Below, piece by piece: positions 25,501 to 39,136 of a stretch of 64,000 bases of DNA. A program made the translations under genes and the position numbers. Source of the DNA: Paraspadella gotoi. Its lineage: Eukaryota; Animalia; Chaetognatha. The stretch covers positions 23,785,310 to 23,849,309 of the forward strand of contig CM119263.1 in NCBI GenBank assembly GCA_051294375.1, written 5' to 3'. The notes below the pieces were generated by a model. That model made no database searches. It had not been told where the DNA came from and saw nothing but the letters and a program-made list of their open reading frames with translations. Positions within the stretch are counted from its first letter, which is position 1; each line of letters opens with the position of its first letter.

Positions 25501-25550
25501 AAAGAAAGAAAGAAAGAAAGAAGAAGTAAAGAAAGAAATAAAAAAGAAAG
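18815..25550. repeat. Large inverted duplication (arms ~18815-22273 and 22552-~25550) around a 25-N gap
   Basis: Sequence from 22552 onward is the reverse complement of 22273 backward for ~3 kb, with indel-type differences and a noisy patch at ~21040-21320. Confidence 0.95.
21733..22135 (+). repeat. 29-bp minisatellite (TTCCCGTTTTATTGGCCTCTTTTCCTCAT), ~14 units
   Basis: Units counted directly; the inverted copy at 22689-22833 has 5 units. Confidence 0.9.
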
Positions 25551-25684
25551 GGAGAAAGGCCTCATATAAAGAAATATAAAAAGAAAAAAATGAGGAGGAA
25601 ACCTGGAGAATCAAGATGGCGACGGAATTCGTTATCTTTATTCTGAGTCCCAGGAGGGGAGGCCGATGACGCCGACGACGCCCC

Positions 25685-25715
<31 letters not shown>

Positions 25716-26013
25716 ATCGACCTCTCTAAGGCACATGGTCGTTTTTGAATGAATTCCTGACAATATTGACTCTACCACCTCAACAATAAGGCCCGGTTTC
25801 AGCATTTTTGGAGACACGATTCTCCGCTTCGATTATCGCCTCGTGAAAACCCAATTCGTCTTTCATCGCTCAAAATTCTTTCTACGTTTTCATCGGCGGT
25901 TGCTTTCGTTTTCCGTTTCTGATTCAGTTTGATCTACATGCGGACGACAAACTGATTTCATTGTTCATTTCGTTCCTCGCTGCCATGTTTGTCCGTCCTC
26001 GATCGCGTCCAGC

Positions 26014-26057
26014 CTCCCACGTCCCACGTCCCACGTCCCACGTCCCACGTCCCACGT
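26014..26057 (+). repeat. (CCCACGT)n heptamer repeat, ~6 units
   Basis: Seen directly. Confidence 0.9.
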
Positions 26058-27234
26058 CAACCCGACCTGACTCTTTTTTGGTTGCTTTTCTGAGACAGAT
26101 TCCTAATATATTTCTCACTTATAAAGTACTAGAACCTTTTATAGGTATATAACTAATAGGAAAATATAATGGAACCGATAGGAATATCTAATATTTGCTT
26201 TTTATCTTTTCTTGCAAAACCGTTTTTTGTTTTGCTTTGTTTCTCTTTTTTTTGTTGTTGTTGTTTTTTTTTATCGCAATCTCNNNNNNNNNNNNNNNNN
26301 NNNNNNNNNNNNNNNNNNNNNNNNNNNNNNNNNNNNNNNNNNNNNNNNNNNNNNNNNNNNNNNNNNNNNNNNNNNNNNNNNNNNNNNNNNNNNNNNNNNN
26401 NNNNNNNNNNNNNNNNNNNNNNNNNNNNNNNNNNNNNNNNNNNNNNNNNNNNNNNNNNNNNNNNNNNNNNNNNNNNNNNNNNNNNNNNNNNNNNNNNNNN
26501 NNNNNNNNNNNNTTTTCGCTTCATCTTTCCTTCAAATCGCGAAACCCACAAGTTCCATTATTTACCCAACGCCGAAACTCCTTTTTTAGCCGTCGAACCT
26601 TTTGAGTAGATGCGTCTCTTTTCAGTCTCATTTTATGATGCCACGACGCATCTCTGAAATAAATAGACTCATTCTATTTCTCCATCCGTAGTTTTCGTTT
26701 CCTAACGATAAACTATTCATGGTGTGTGGAATGAAAGGCTGAAGCGCGTAGGTTGTAAGTACTTTGCAGGTAAGTACAATTGTACATAGTTGGTTATTAA
26801 TCACCGCATCTTCGATCTGACGAGCGTTGGGAGACTCTAAATGAACATTGATATAAACGTTTATTGATCACATAATTTGATAAATTTGTGTTAAGAAATA
26901 AAACTCCTTTTCACTTTGAAATACTCGATTTCTTGGGGTATCGTTTATGATAGTATTATAAATCTTTTAACCTTACAAGCACTTTTATTTTCTCGATCTC
27001 ACTCACCTTTCTATTTCAGCTTCACCCCTTTTATTTGAGCCTCACCCCTTTTATTTCAACCTCACCCTTTCTTCCTTTCTTATCTAATCCCTGGCAGCCG
27101 CCTAGGGGTCAGCGCCACCCTTCTTAGGGTCGTGGGAAAGGAAAGTGGGAGATATGACGGAGTCGAAAAGGGTGGAAGTAATTAGACAGATGCTATCAAA
27201 TACTACTAGGGAAGATGGAGAAAGATTTACGTAC

Positions 27235-27640
27235 TAAGTTAAATACTACAATTACTAAATACTACATTACAAGTAGTAAAGTAAAAAAGATAAAAAGAGG
27301 GATTTCGACTCATGCGTGAAAATTAGTTCATGAAAGGGAACAGGAAAAAAAAATCGTAAAATTCNNNNNNNNNNNNNNNNNNNNNNNNNTCGTCTCTCTC
27401 GGTCGTCACCTCTTCTCGTCGTCGAGTCCTCTCTCTCTCTCATCTCTCGGGTCTCGTCTCTCTCTCTACTCTTCTCTCTCCTCCACCCTGCGACCCTCCT
27501 CCGAAAAACAGATTTTTACGATTCTTTTTCCTGTTCCCTTCCAATTGAACTAATTGTTCACGCATGAGTCGAAATTCCCCGTCTTTTTTTTATCTTTTTT
27601 TACTTTACTACTTGTAATGTAGTACATTACATGTATTGTA
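27235..27640. repeat. Short inverted duplication around the 25-N gap at 27365-27389
   Basis: GATTTCGACTCATGCGTGAA..GGGAACAGGAAAAA (27301-27350) is the reverse complement of 27520-27575. Confidence 0.85.
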
Positions 27641-30600
27641 CGTAGAGAGAAGGAGAGAGCTTTTTCATATGCGTCTTTACATCCGACCTCTGACATCCAG
27701 GAGTATTCATATACGAGGAGAGGAAATATTGTCGTCTGTGAGTCAGGACCCCCTTGGGCTCTCCCCGCCCAGTTGGACGACCGAGATGACGACGAAGACG
27801 AAGACGAAAACAACGACGACGACGACGACGACGACCACAGTCATCGCGACAACAAAAGGTGAAGTTTGCTCTTTTTTTTTCTCGTCCTCGACGTCTTAAA
27901 AAAAAGATGCGCAATTCTACTCACGTTTTTCGGGGGCGGGGCGGCGGAGAAGGGGTTGTGTGAGAAGGACGGTCCCCCTAGGGGTGAGAGGAAGAGGGAA
28001 GAGGAGAAGACAGGCAGGGTGAGATGAGATAGAGGAAGAGAAACGAAGAGGTTACCGGAAGGGGGGGTTGGAATAGAATCAGCTGATCTCCAGCATCGAG
28101 ACGAAATCAATTTGAATTCGCGTTGGCTCGAATTAATTCCGCGTTCGCCTTCGCTTCTCGGCCGTTCGTCCGTTTCAAACTCTCAATTCTTTTTTTTTTT
28201 TCAATATTAAATGCCAGGTTTCAATTTTGAGTCGATTTTTTACGAAACCCGTACATTTTGCTCAAAGCTCGACGGAAAAAAACCAGGAATGAAAAAAAAA
28301 CTTTTCGGCCCGCCCGGGAGGTCGCTTTCGCCAGAGTTGAAAAGTTCGTCGCCAAACCATCGTCGTAAAATAAATTTCTGAACATAGGAAAAATCCCCTC
28401 GGAACTTTTTTTTCTTTGATCGCCTGGCTCCAATCAAATCTGTCTTTCAATTTGGAATCCGAAAATTCTCACTAGAAAAAGCCGACAATTTAGCCCTGAA
28501 GCACGATATTATAAATTCCCTTTTTTTTTTTTGGAACAATCTCTTCCAGTTTCTGGCGTTCAAATCCGACTCCTGAGAGACGACGGAATATTTTAATTAC
28601 AAAAATCAGCCCTATTCGTTTATACTTAAGGAGATGACTATAACAATTTACATTTTTACTTTCTGCAGATCGGATCTAATTAATAAATGGATATTTAAGC
28701 TTACAGGGCTCGGACTCTATCATTAAAGGCAATTCGAAATGGTGATAGTTCATTAATTTTCTTATTCGCGCCGATGGTGCGAGAATGACTCTGAGAAACT
28801 TCCCCATCTCCTTTTGCGATGTTGCAATATCGAAACCAAGGTACGAGATATTTATTTGTGGAAAAAATTTTTTTTTAATGATCTCTCCCCTATAATACTG
28901 ATACCGGGCTCATTCATCGAACATTGACTTTACTTCTGGGATATGTCAAGTTATATTCTATGAAATCTTCGATTTTTTATTTTTTCAATGCAGAAATCAG
29001 CTAGACACTTCTTGGTCAGTGGCTCTTTTAGGGCCTCCTCTGAATAAAAAGAATTTTAATAGTATATCACTCCTTAATCTCACGCACAGGAAACTTAAGG
29101 AAACAGGAAAAAAAATGGTTGCATAAATCCCTCTACTTAAAATTCAAACAAGTTCGATCTCATTTCATCAGATTAGGAGTAATACATTTCTCATGCCCTA
29201 ATGTGATATCTTTCGCGGTTTCCGACTTGACTGTGTTCTGCACATGATTTAACTCTTCATAGGAGCAATTAAAGAAAGTCTGCGTGTTCTCCTTTCTTCA
29301 TACTTGTTATTAACTGGTGTGTTGAGAGTTACGTTTCTATCGCAATTAGTGACTGATTTGTGATACAGAATAAAATGATTTAACATTTAGCGTCTTACCA
29401 TGAACTTTTTAACATACTTCCCCAATGGTTTTCCGGTTTTTTATTTTGTCTAAGAAAAAAAAAAAATATTATCAGCGGTGCGCCGGTGTACGGACACCCG
29501 ACCGGAAAGTGGATGGAACTCAACATGCGTACGGATAAAGACTGGACTAATTTCCAACAATTAAAAATGGAAAGAATATTTGATGCTATAAATCTTAATG
29601 TCTTAAAGTTTCAGAAAATAGAGTTGAATTGAATAATAGTTTACACTTTCTTAACCAATGATGTTTAACAGAATCGACTATTACGACAGTCTCAAATACG
29701 TCTGCGGGCTAAAGTGAATTTCAAAATTCAAATTTATATAAATTTGGAATAATGGCATATTTGTGTTTCATAATCTTTTTTTTCCTTTCTTCTTAATTTC
29801 TATCTTTCCTCGTTGTTAATAAATATTCTAATGAACAAAGTAATTATCAATGACAAAGTGTTCTGCCTCCGTCGTTCTTCATCTTTTCTGTTTCATCGCG
29901 TTTTGAATGGAGAGAGAGTTGAGTTGGTTTTTGTCTTCGGGTCTTCACACGAGTTCAGTTTTTCATCTGTCGTCTCGGCCTTTTCCTTCACCGATTTGCT
30001 TTCTTAAAAAAGTTCTTCCGATATAGGAGGTCTTACTCGTTCTTATTAGAAATCGANNNNNNNNNNNNNNNNNNNNNNNNNTGCTTTCAAATTTGAATCC
30101 GAAATTCTCACTTAGAAAAAGTCACGATTTAAATTCCCTTTTTTTTTTTGGAAAATCTCTCCATTTCGCGTCCAAATCCGACTCTTGAGAGACGAATATT
30201 TTTACAAAAATAACTATCTACTTAAATGCCATAAATCAAGTATTATTGTTGTCATGAATCAATCTAACTTAAGTGACTACAAAAATTTATGNNNNNNNNN
30301 NTATTTTTACAAAAATAGCTATCTACTTAAATGCCATAAATCAAATATTATTGTTGTCATGCAGCAATCTAACTTAAGTGACTACAAAAATTTTTGTTAT
30401 TTATATCCAAGTACAATTTTTATTATTCCAAATTATTTCTCTGTTTTCTTTCTCCATTATTTCTTCTTTTTTTTTCTGTTTCCGCTCTATTTTCCTTTTT
30501 TTCCTTTTTTTCCTTTTTTCCGCCTCCAATTTTCATCCTGCCACTTCTCCTTTTTTTTTCTCTCAATTTTTGTTTTTTCTGTTTTTCTGTTTTTTTGTTT

Positions 30601-31175
30601 TTTTGTTTTTCTGTTTTTCTGTCTTCTCGGATTTCGCACTCCGGTTTTCCTGTTTTGAAGTCAAGATGAGGAGGATTGGGATCAAGGACAGCCTTCGCTT
30701 CTTCCTCTTTACTTCACTCGAAATCAGGAGAGAGAATTGTTTTCTCGTTTTTTTTCCTTCTTTTCCGCCCTCCAATTTTCCATCCTGCCGATCCATGTCT
30801 CCTTTTTTTTTTTTCTACTCAATTTGTTCTTGTGTTTTTGTTCGCGTTCTGTTTTGTCTGTTTTTTTTTGTTTTTTTTTTGTTTTTTGTTGTCGCTGGTG
30901 TGTTGTTTTGTCGTGTCCTTCTGTCGTGATTAGTGGTCGGCTGTCCGGACGATCGTGGTTGACTGGTCGGGGTGCGTGTGGTGTATGGTACGTGCGTGGC
31001 TGGGTGGTGTTTGAAAGTCCAAGATGAGCGAGGATTGGTATCAGAAGGAACAGCGCTTCGCTTCTCCTCTTTACTTTCACGTCTTCTCTTACTAACTTTT
31101 CTCTCTTCCCTTTTTTCTTTTGCGTCTTATTTTTCTCTCTTCTTCTCCTCTCTCGTCCTCGCGGATCTCTCTCTG

Positions 31176-31212
<37 letters not shown>

Positions 31213-32903
31213 ATTGCTCTTCTCCTTTCCTCGTTGGAGTCCGTTTCTGTTCCTTTTTTCCACTTGCATTTCTTCTTCTTCTCTGTCTGTTCTCCTTTTT
31301 GGTACTTCAAGCNNNNNNNNNNNNNNNNNNNNNNNNNTTCCTTTTGTATTTTTGTCTTTTTGTCTGTTTGTCTTTTTGTCTTTTTGTCCCTTGTTTCTCT
31401 TTTCCTGACGCCTGTCTTCGTATCCTTCCCTCTCTTATACTTCGATCTAAATCTTTCTTTTTTGTCTATTTTTATTTCATAATCACCCTATTTTTTTCTT
31501 TTTTTTCACATATTTTCCTAATTCTCTTTTTTTTTTCAATATTTTCTTCTCACAATTTTGCGACAATTTATCTCCTTTCATCCTTTACTTTTGAATTCTC
31601 ATACTTAATCTCCTTTTCTTATCTTTTCCCAGTGGCTTCGCCTTTTCAAATCTCATCAAACGAAGCGAATGCGAGGAAAGTGACAAAACACTCGAGTGTC
31701 GTTTTTCGTCTTTTCAAATCTTTCGCCTCGAATCGCTTTTTAAAATAAGTGTCTTCATCTTCGTACCTGCTTCTTTTTAGTTTTTCTTCGCACCGACTTA
31801 ACGAAATGACATGCAAAACTAACTACTTTCAAGTCATAGACATAGCGCTTTTATTCTAGTTACGCCAATATATAGGTAACATTATGAAATCTTTGTTAAA
31901 TCGAATTAAATTAAATTAAATTAAAATAAAAATTAATTACAAATAATCTCAAATCTTAAATCTCACGTTATTTTAAATATAGTAGTAAATCTTTCACTTC
32001 AAAAATCACTTTCTCGCGCGCGCAAAAAAAAAAACTTCTCACGCCATTTCCGCTCAAAAATAAAAACGTCCGATCCAAGGTGACGTTTCGTCGTTTAATG
32101 TCGTTCTTCCCGCTCCATCTCGATCGATGTTCGCGTCTCTTCTCGCTGTGATTTTATCCTCCTTTCATACATAATAAAGTTAATATATAAAACTCTACGA
32201 CATTTCACGCGTCCTTCCGTAGCTCCACGTGTAAAGACGCATAGAATATGTTGCGGACAAGATCCTCTTGCGGCTCAACGTTTCCGCGTAGACATATCGA
32301 TCGTTATTGGCGTCCACGTTCCATATGCGTCACTCTATGTCGGTCTCCACGCCACGGTCCCAGGCCAGGTTCTCATTCGCCAATTGGAAAAAAATAAAAA
32401 ACGGTTCGTTAATTAATTGTTCATGGAACTTTCGATTCTTGATTCTAACGAAAGAAGGAAAGAGAAAAGAAAAGAGCAGGAAGAAACAAAAGGCGAACGC
32501 GAAACGAGGTTTGTTTTGGGTTGAAGGCGGTGGTCAGGAGAGATTGGGGATGGTGAGCGGGACCTATGGATGTCTTACCTAGACCTAAAAAGAGTGTTTG
32601 ATGGAGACAGAAGAGATTAAAAAGTTTTTTTTTGCGAGCTTCATTATTGAACCACATCATTCAATAATCAGTCAACTGAGCTTGCCAACTCCTTTCACAA
32701 AAAAAAAAAACACTTGTGACTGAGTGAAACAATGAACTGAATTTTTAATTTTCCCTCGGTGAATTGTTTTGTCAGGGATAATGATTTTATTTTCTCTAGG
32801 ATTTTTATCTGAAAAAGAAATTTATGTAAATAAATTATTTTACATATATTATTTACTCATTGGACGTCTCTGCAAAGCAAGATACTAAGTCATTGATAGT
32901 CGA

Positions 32904-33096
32904 TTAGGTTACGTGTATTATGACATGCAATGCATCAAAATTCAGTCTTTTATTCCTTATAGTTTTAGGATTTCCCGAAGGCGGCGCTAGCAGTCCCTTA
33001 GATTTGAGTTTTTTTTTCTGTCTTAACAAATGAGCGAAGTAATCGCCGGCGCCAACTAAAAATACGAAAATCAAAACAAACAAACAAACAAACAAA
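32904..33096 (+). mobile_element. Dispersed repeat core followed by (AAAC)n; same family as 13968-14177
   Basis: TGACATGCAATGCATCAAAATT...TTAGGATTTCCCGAAGGCGGCGCTAGCAGTC...AACAAATGAGC, followed by an (AAAC)n tract. Confidence 0.5.
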
Positions 33097-33587
33097 GTTG
33101 GTGTCATTCTTCAATGCGTGAACCGTTTTTCCGGTTCGAAAGGCTTCGCTATCTTACTTATGGTTTTTTTAATTACCAACTTCACCAGGTCGCTCGTGGT
33201 TTTCCCTTGCCTTTCAAATTATCTCAGGGATTGTTCTTTTCCCGCCCTTTTAGAAAATTGCGACGCATGTCTTTTCCCTACCTTTTCCTCGACTTTCTCT
33301 TTCCGCGCCTTTTAAAGATTGCACCGGATGTTCACTTTCCCGCGGGCAACGGAGGCGACTGGCCTTTGTTCGTGCGACGCCGACGCGTCCTTGGGTGAAA
33401 GCGCGACTGGAGCGTGGAGGAAGTGGAGAAGGGGACTTGGGGAGGTGGGGGCTGGTGGGGGGAGGTGGGGAGGGTGGGGAGAAGGGGGGCGATTGGGAAA
33501 CGGGAGGGGACTTAATTGGCGAAGCGGTGAGCGGTCGGTCATGAGTATGTGTGTGTGTGTGTGTTGTGTGCGCGTGTGTGTGTGTGT

Positions 33588-33631
<44 letters not shown>

Positions 33632-34199
33632 GACCTGACGAGACGACGAGATGATGAGAGGAGACGAGAGACGAGAGCAGAGAGAGAGAGGTGGGAATTT
33701 ATAATCCGCTTAAACTGATTCACTGTTTATTCGAAGCGTCGTCGTTGTCGTCGTCGTCGTCGTCGTTCGGAATTCACGGGAAAGGAGAATGATTTTTTTT
33801 TATTATTTATTATTGTTTAACTAGAGAAAAAAAAATTTATGTTACTAATTTGGTTCCACACGCAACCGCTTTGTCATTTTAGTAGATAATTTATATTCAA
33901 TTTCAATCAGAACAGACTGTATAGCTAATTTAATGAAAGATTTGTTATTTATTATTTATTTATTCATACATCTTGGTGTGAGGAATCTAAAATAAATCTA
34001 ACGAGAAACTTTCACGCATTATCGTTGAAAATGTTCCTTTTCACGTGAACTCCGAGTGATTTCTTAATGAGGAAAAACCTAATTGTGATTTGTGATAGAT
34101 GCATCAGGTCTGCTTTGTCGGTGAAACGAGGAATAATTAATGAGGAGTCAATGGGATCACTGAAGGCAACACACCACCCCACCACCCGAGAAGAGATAG

Positions 34200-34640
34200 T
34201 TGGATGGCGAGTTGAGGCGAGTGGAGGCGAGTTGGAGGCGAGTTGGAGGCGAGTTGGGGCGAGTGGAGGCGAGTGGAGGCGAGTTGGAGGCGATGTGGGG
34301 TTGGAGTGAGGCGAGTTGGACGGCGAGTTGGAGGCAGTTGGAGCGAGTTGAGCGCGAGTGAGCGAGTTGGAGGCGAGTTGGAGGCGAGTGGAGGCGAGTT
34401 GGAGGCGAGTTGGAGGCGAGTGGCAGGCGAGTTGGAGGCGAGTTGGAGGCGAGTGGAGGCGATGGATGGCGAGTTGGAGCGAGTTGGAGGCGAGTGAAGC
34501 GAGTTGGAGGCGAGTTGGAGGCGAGTGGGAGGCGAGTTGGAGGCGAGTTGAGCGAGTGGAGCGAGTTTGGAGGCGAGTTGGAGTAGGCGAGTGGAGGCGA
34601 GTTGGAGGCGAGTTGTGAGGGCGAGTTGAGGCGAGCCGAG
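34200..34640 (+). repeat. 10/11-bp minisatellite (GGAGGCGAGTT / GGAGGCGAGT)
   Basis: Seen directly; it generates the spurious LASNSPPTRLQ and WRRVGGELEAS ORFs. Confidence 0.95.
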
Positions 34641-35209
34641 TTGGTCGTTGAGTTGCTGAGTTGGTAACGTGACAAGCATGGAGAAAAAGGAACAGGTGTG
34701 TGGAAAATAAGATTAGGAAAATCGGGTTGCAGGAGCAGCGTNNNNNNNNNNNNNNNNNNNNNNNNNNNNNNNNNNNNNNNNNNNNNNNNNNNNNNNNNNN
34801 NNNNNNNNNNNNNNNNNNNTTTTGTGACGTATACGTAAAATTAAAAATAATTGTAGTTATGAATATAGGAAAGGCTAAAAAATATTTAGTTTTATATCTG
34901 GTTTTTAAAAAAAAAAAGAAAACGTAAATCAAAGTAAAAGGTTGAAAACTGCAAAGGTAAGAGGGGAAGACTAGGGCGTGATAAAAAATCGAATTGAGAG
35001 ATTAAAATTGAATTCTGTGATTTCTTGATCGAATTTCCGTAAATGTGATTCTGATTCCGAATTCAATTTGTTTATCGTCACAAAGAAGTGAGAGTTTGCG
35101 ACGATTCACAAGGTTCACAAAGATTAATTTGTGCAATGGTGAAATAGAGTGAGTTACAAAGGAAAAAACTCAAAGAAATGGAAAAAATTAGAAAATAAAA
35201 AAGGAAAAC

Positions 35210-35305
<96 letters not shown>

Positions 35306-35932
35306 AAAAAGAAAAGAAAGACAGAAAGAAAGATGGAGAATCTAGAAGAAACTCGTCGTGATTGATCGAAGAAAGGAGGCAAACAATCGTCGACGGAAGG
35401 AGAGGGAGGAAAAATGGAGAGAAGGAAAAAGGAAAGAAGGAAAGAAGGATCGTGGTTAAAGATGGCGGGTGTAGAACAAAGATTGATTTGGTAAAGGCAC
35501 GAAGTCAATACGACTGTTAGAAATGGTTGAAGGGGAAAAGAGGAAGAAAGTCAAGTTGGGTTTAAACTTTTATATAAGAAAGGATTATTACAAAGAAAGA
35601 TACCATAAAAAATCTGTGGGGGGCAGAAGATTTACAACGAAATGGCTCCGAATGTAATAAAAAAAAAGAAAGAGTATTTTACAATTTGTTGATCGGCAGA
35701 ATCTAAATGGAGAAAGAAGGGCGGATATATTTCTTTGTCTGCTTTGGCTTTTATCGACGCGTCGGGTCGGAGCGTCAATCTGAAATCTGTCGTGAGCTCG
35801 GCGCCAACTGAAAATTAGTTTCGTTATTGGAAGAAATTCCATCAGAATCTGGAACCAAAACGAGAACGACCTCAAAGTGGCATACCGACCTTGAACTCGG
35901 AGAGGGAGGGAGACAGGGTGGGATGAAGACGA

Positions 35933-36031
<99 letters not shown>

Positions 36032-37181
36032 CGCTTTTGTGAGCCTCGAAAGAATGAGATCCATGATACTCCACGATCAAAAGGGAGAAAGAAGTCGAGA
36101 GAGAAAAAAAGCAGCGAGAATCGGGACCTCCCCGCTCTCTCCGACTCCGCCTTCATAGCGGGCCCAACTCGCGTCCATCCTGCCACCGCCCCTACCCACC
36201 CTTTCTCTCCACCACCATCATCCTCCATCTCATTCCCTTCTTCGTCTCGCATGAAGAGAAGAGATTATGTTCGTTTAAACGATTCAACGAAGATCCAACT
36301 TTTTTGGTCCATTTCTATTTCAGGAGTGAGGAAGAAGAAGAGGGGAGGAATCGAAAGTCGACGCCTGATCCTGCTTGCCTTAGCGAAGAAAAAAAAAGGC
36401 CAAATCCAACGCCGCTACGGCACCCCGCCGCCGCCGCTGACGCTTCACCAGACGCGATGTCTCATTTACGTTTGCCAAGGACAATTTTTCTCAGAACGCG
36501 GTGCCTCGAGCCCCGAGCGCCATTAGCCGCGCCCCGAGTAAATGAGACCATCAGGGATAATACGCCAGAGCTTTCTTTATAACCACCGCTGGCGCTGGCG
36601 CCGACGCCGCCCGCCGAGGCCCGCCAACGACGCCGGTCTGGGTTTGCCAATCCCTGCCAGAGTAAAGCGATGCCGGCGCCGCCCGCCGCCGCCCGATGAA
36701 GGGAAAATCGGACGAAATGAGCGAAAAGAAAAAGAGCGGAATGGAAATTAACTCATCAACGCCTTCGTTTCATTTCTTTTTTTCTTATTCGTAAAGAAAA
36801 CAAAAACCATTCGAGCGACATGAAACAGGGACGACGAGGACGACGACGACGACGACGACGACGACGACAACGACGACATTAACAATTTAACGACTGCGTG
36901 AAGAATTGACTTGGATCGTCGACCTCTTGCCAGAAAATCACAATTATTTCCGAGTTCTATCAGTTGGTGAGTGAAGAAATGAGTGGGTGTGCCTATCTGT
37001 CTGTTTGTCTGTCAGACTTTCGAACCGTCTGTCAGTCTGTCTGTCTGTCGATAACTCTAGAATTTTCACCGTTCCAACTTCACGTCGTTGCCAACTGTTG
37101 TTTACTGTTTATTGTTGACTTCGAGCAGATGACCGCGGACGAGCGACTTGGCAGATTCACAGTGTCGCTCGGAGATAAATC

Positions 37182-37271
<90 letters not shown>

Positions 37272-38035
37272 TTATCTCGATTTCGTCTCGTGAAGCCAAA
37301 CAACTGAAAAGGACGCTTCGATGATCGCGAGAGATTTAATCGTTTCTCCTTCTGTGTTTCCGCACTCGCTTGGCAGTTCGTCGTCGTCGTCGTCGTCGTC
37401 GTCGGCGTCGTCGCCGTCGACTCAGTCGTCGTCGTCGTCGTCGTCGTCGTCATTGTATTCGTGAACGCTTTTGTCGTTTTTGCCATTGGCATTGCTTTCG
37501 ACGTCGTTTCTTAAACTGTTGCTGCCTTGGCCGCCGTTTTTCTTAACTTTTTGTAGTCGAAATGTATATATACGTATTAGTTTTCGTTTTCGTCGTCGTC
37601 GAGTTTCTAACGGAATAATTGACAAACGAGGTGTAGCTCGAGCGCCCTGGCGTCGAAACAAAGTACTTCTCGCTTTCTTAACAACATTTGCGTCGCTTTA
37701 GTCGCTAATAATAGACGAAAATTGAATCTAGGGGCTTCCGTTTTGACGCAGAGAAAGTTCAAGTGGAGAACAAAAAAAAATCAAAAGAGATAAACAAGAA
37801 TCATATCCTGACGATAATCATGGTGAGACGCAATCTTTTTTGACACAGAGTCTCAGATAGTCTCGTGAGTCTTGTCATCCACCGATACACGTCCGGCGCC
37901 GGAGAAATCGATATCGAATAAAGTCACTTTTCCGCCGTCGCTAATTCCATTAGCCATCCTCGTGCCAACGCCGCTCGTCACACGCCCAATTTCCGGTTCA
38001 ACTTCGAAACTCATCATTCGTTTTCAAGTCTCTCT

Positions 38036-38071
<36 letters not shown>

Positions 38072-38090
38072 TCTCTCTCTCTCTCTCTCT
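34200..38090 (+). repeat. Copy 1 of a ~3.9-kb direct duplication (copy 2 at 41648-46010; partial third copy at 40301-40740)
   Basis: Colinear unique sequence, e.g. GTTGGTAACGTGACAAG...GGCATACCGACCTTGAACTCGGAG...GAAATCGATATCGAATAAAGTCAC, in both copies. Confidence 0.95.
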
Positions 38091-39063
38091 CTCTCCTCTC
38101 TCCGTCTCTGAGTCATATACTCAGCTTCCGGACGCAAGCCGTCCACCTGAGCAGACGGCGCGCGCCTGCCGACCGACTCGACTTCACCTTCCGGGCTTCT
38201 TCCCAAGCTCGGATCGGGGGAGATTTTCTCGCTTCTCTTGATGGTGAGTCGGGCTTCTTCCGGTCGAAGTCCGAGCGGATATCGGGGCCGGATAGTCTCT
38301 CTCTCCTCTCTCTCTTTCTCTTTCTCCTCTCTTGCTCTTGCCGTCTCTCTCATCTTTCTATCTTTGGTTTTTTCTTTAATTTTATTATTTTGTTATTACA
38401 TTTCTCATCAAATTTATTATAATTAAACTTGAATAATTTTTTTTAATATTAACTAATTTTGTGATAAGATTTAGTTATTTATTTTTTTGGACTTCATGGT
38501 CATCAAAGAAAAAACCACACACTTAAAATAACGGACTTCTCTTTTAGGGATTAAGCAGTATTCAACAAATTTTTTTTTCTCTATAAGCCAAAAAATAATA
38601 ATGAATTTTGAGTAAAAAATAAGGCTTATTGAATAATTAACCAGCAAAAACAAAACAAGAAAAAATACAAGAAATCCACACGCTCGAATTCCAATACCCA
38701 ACACCACTATATTTCTAAATTAGAGAAAAGCGTTTTTCAAAAAATATCAAAATTTTTGTTCGACATTTGTTAAAAAAGAATTTTTTATTTATTTGAGAAG
38801 TTAAAAGTCAACTAGGAAATAAAAAAATATTGAAGTCTATACCATTGTAGCGCTGACATAGGCTACTTTTGCATACTATGTTTTTTTTTTAAATTAACTA
38901 AGTTTTAATTGATTGTGAATTTGTGAATATTAAAAGGTAAATGAAATGCCAGTTGATGCTCAATTCAAAGACCATCATATGGGTCCGAGGGTATTAATAC
39001 GTAAAGAATTTCAGAATTGAGTGAAAAATTGATAATGTCAGATACTTTAATTAATTAATTAAA

Positions 39064-39090
39064 GGTAGTAGTAGTAGGGCAGTAGTAGTA

Positions 39091-39131
<41 letters not shown>

Positions 39132-39136
39132 TAGTA
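39064..39136 (+). repeat. (GTA)n microsatellite
   Basis: Seen directly. Confidence 0.95.

Noticed and set aside
18815-25550. ~6.7-kb palindrome as a foldback transposon or real inverted duplication
   Set aside because: It is centred on a 25-N gap, the arms differ by read-type indels and a noise burst, and no TSD is visible. Most likely an assembly artefact.
33420-33520. G-run clusters (also 51985-52055 and 58240-58380) as functional G-quadruplexes
   Set aside because: Common low-complexity sequence here, with no contextual evidence of function.
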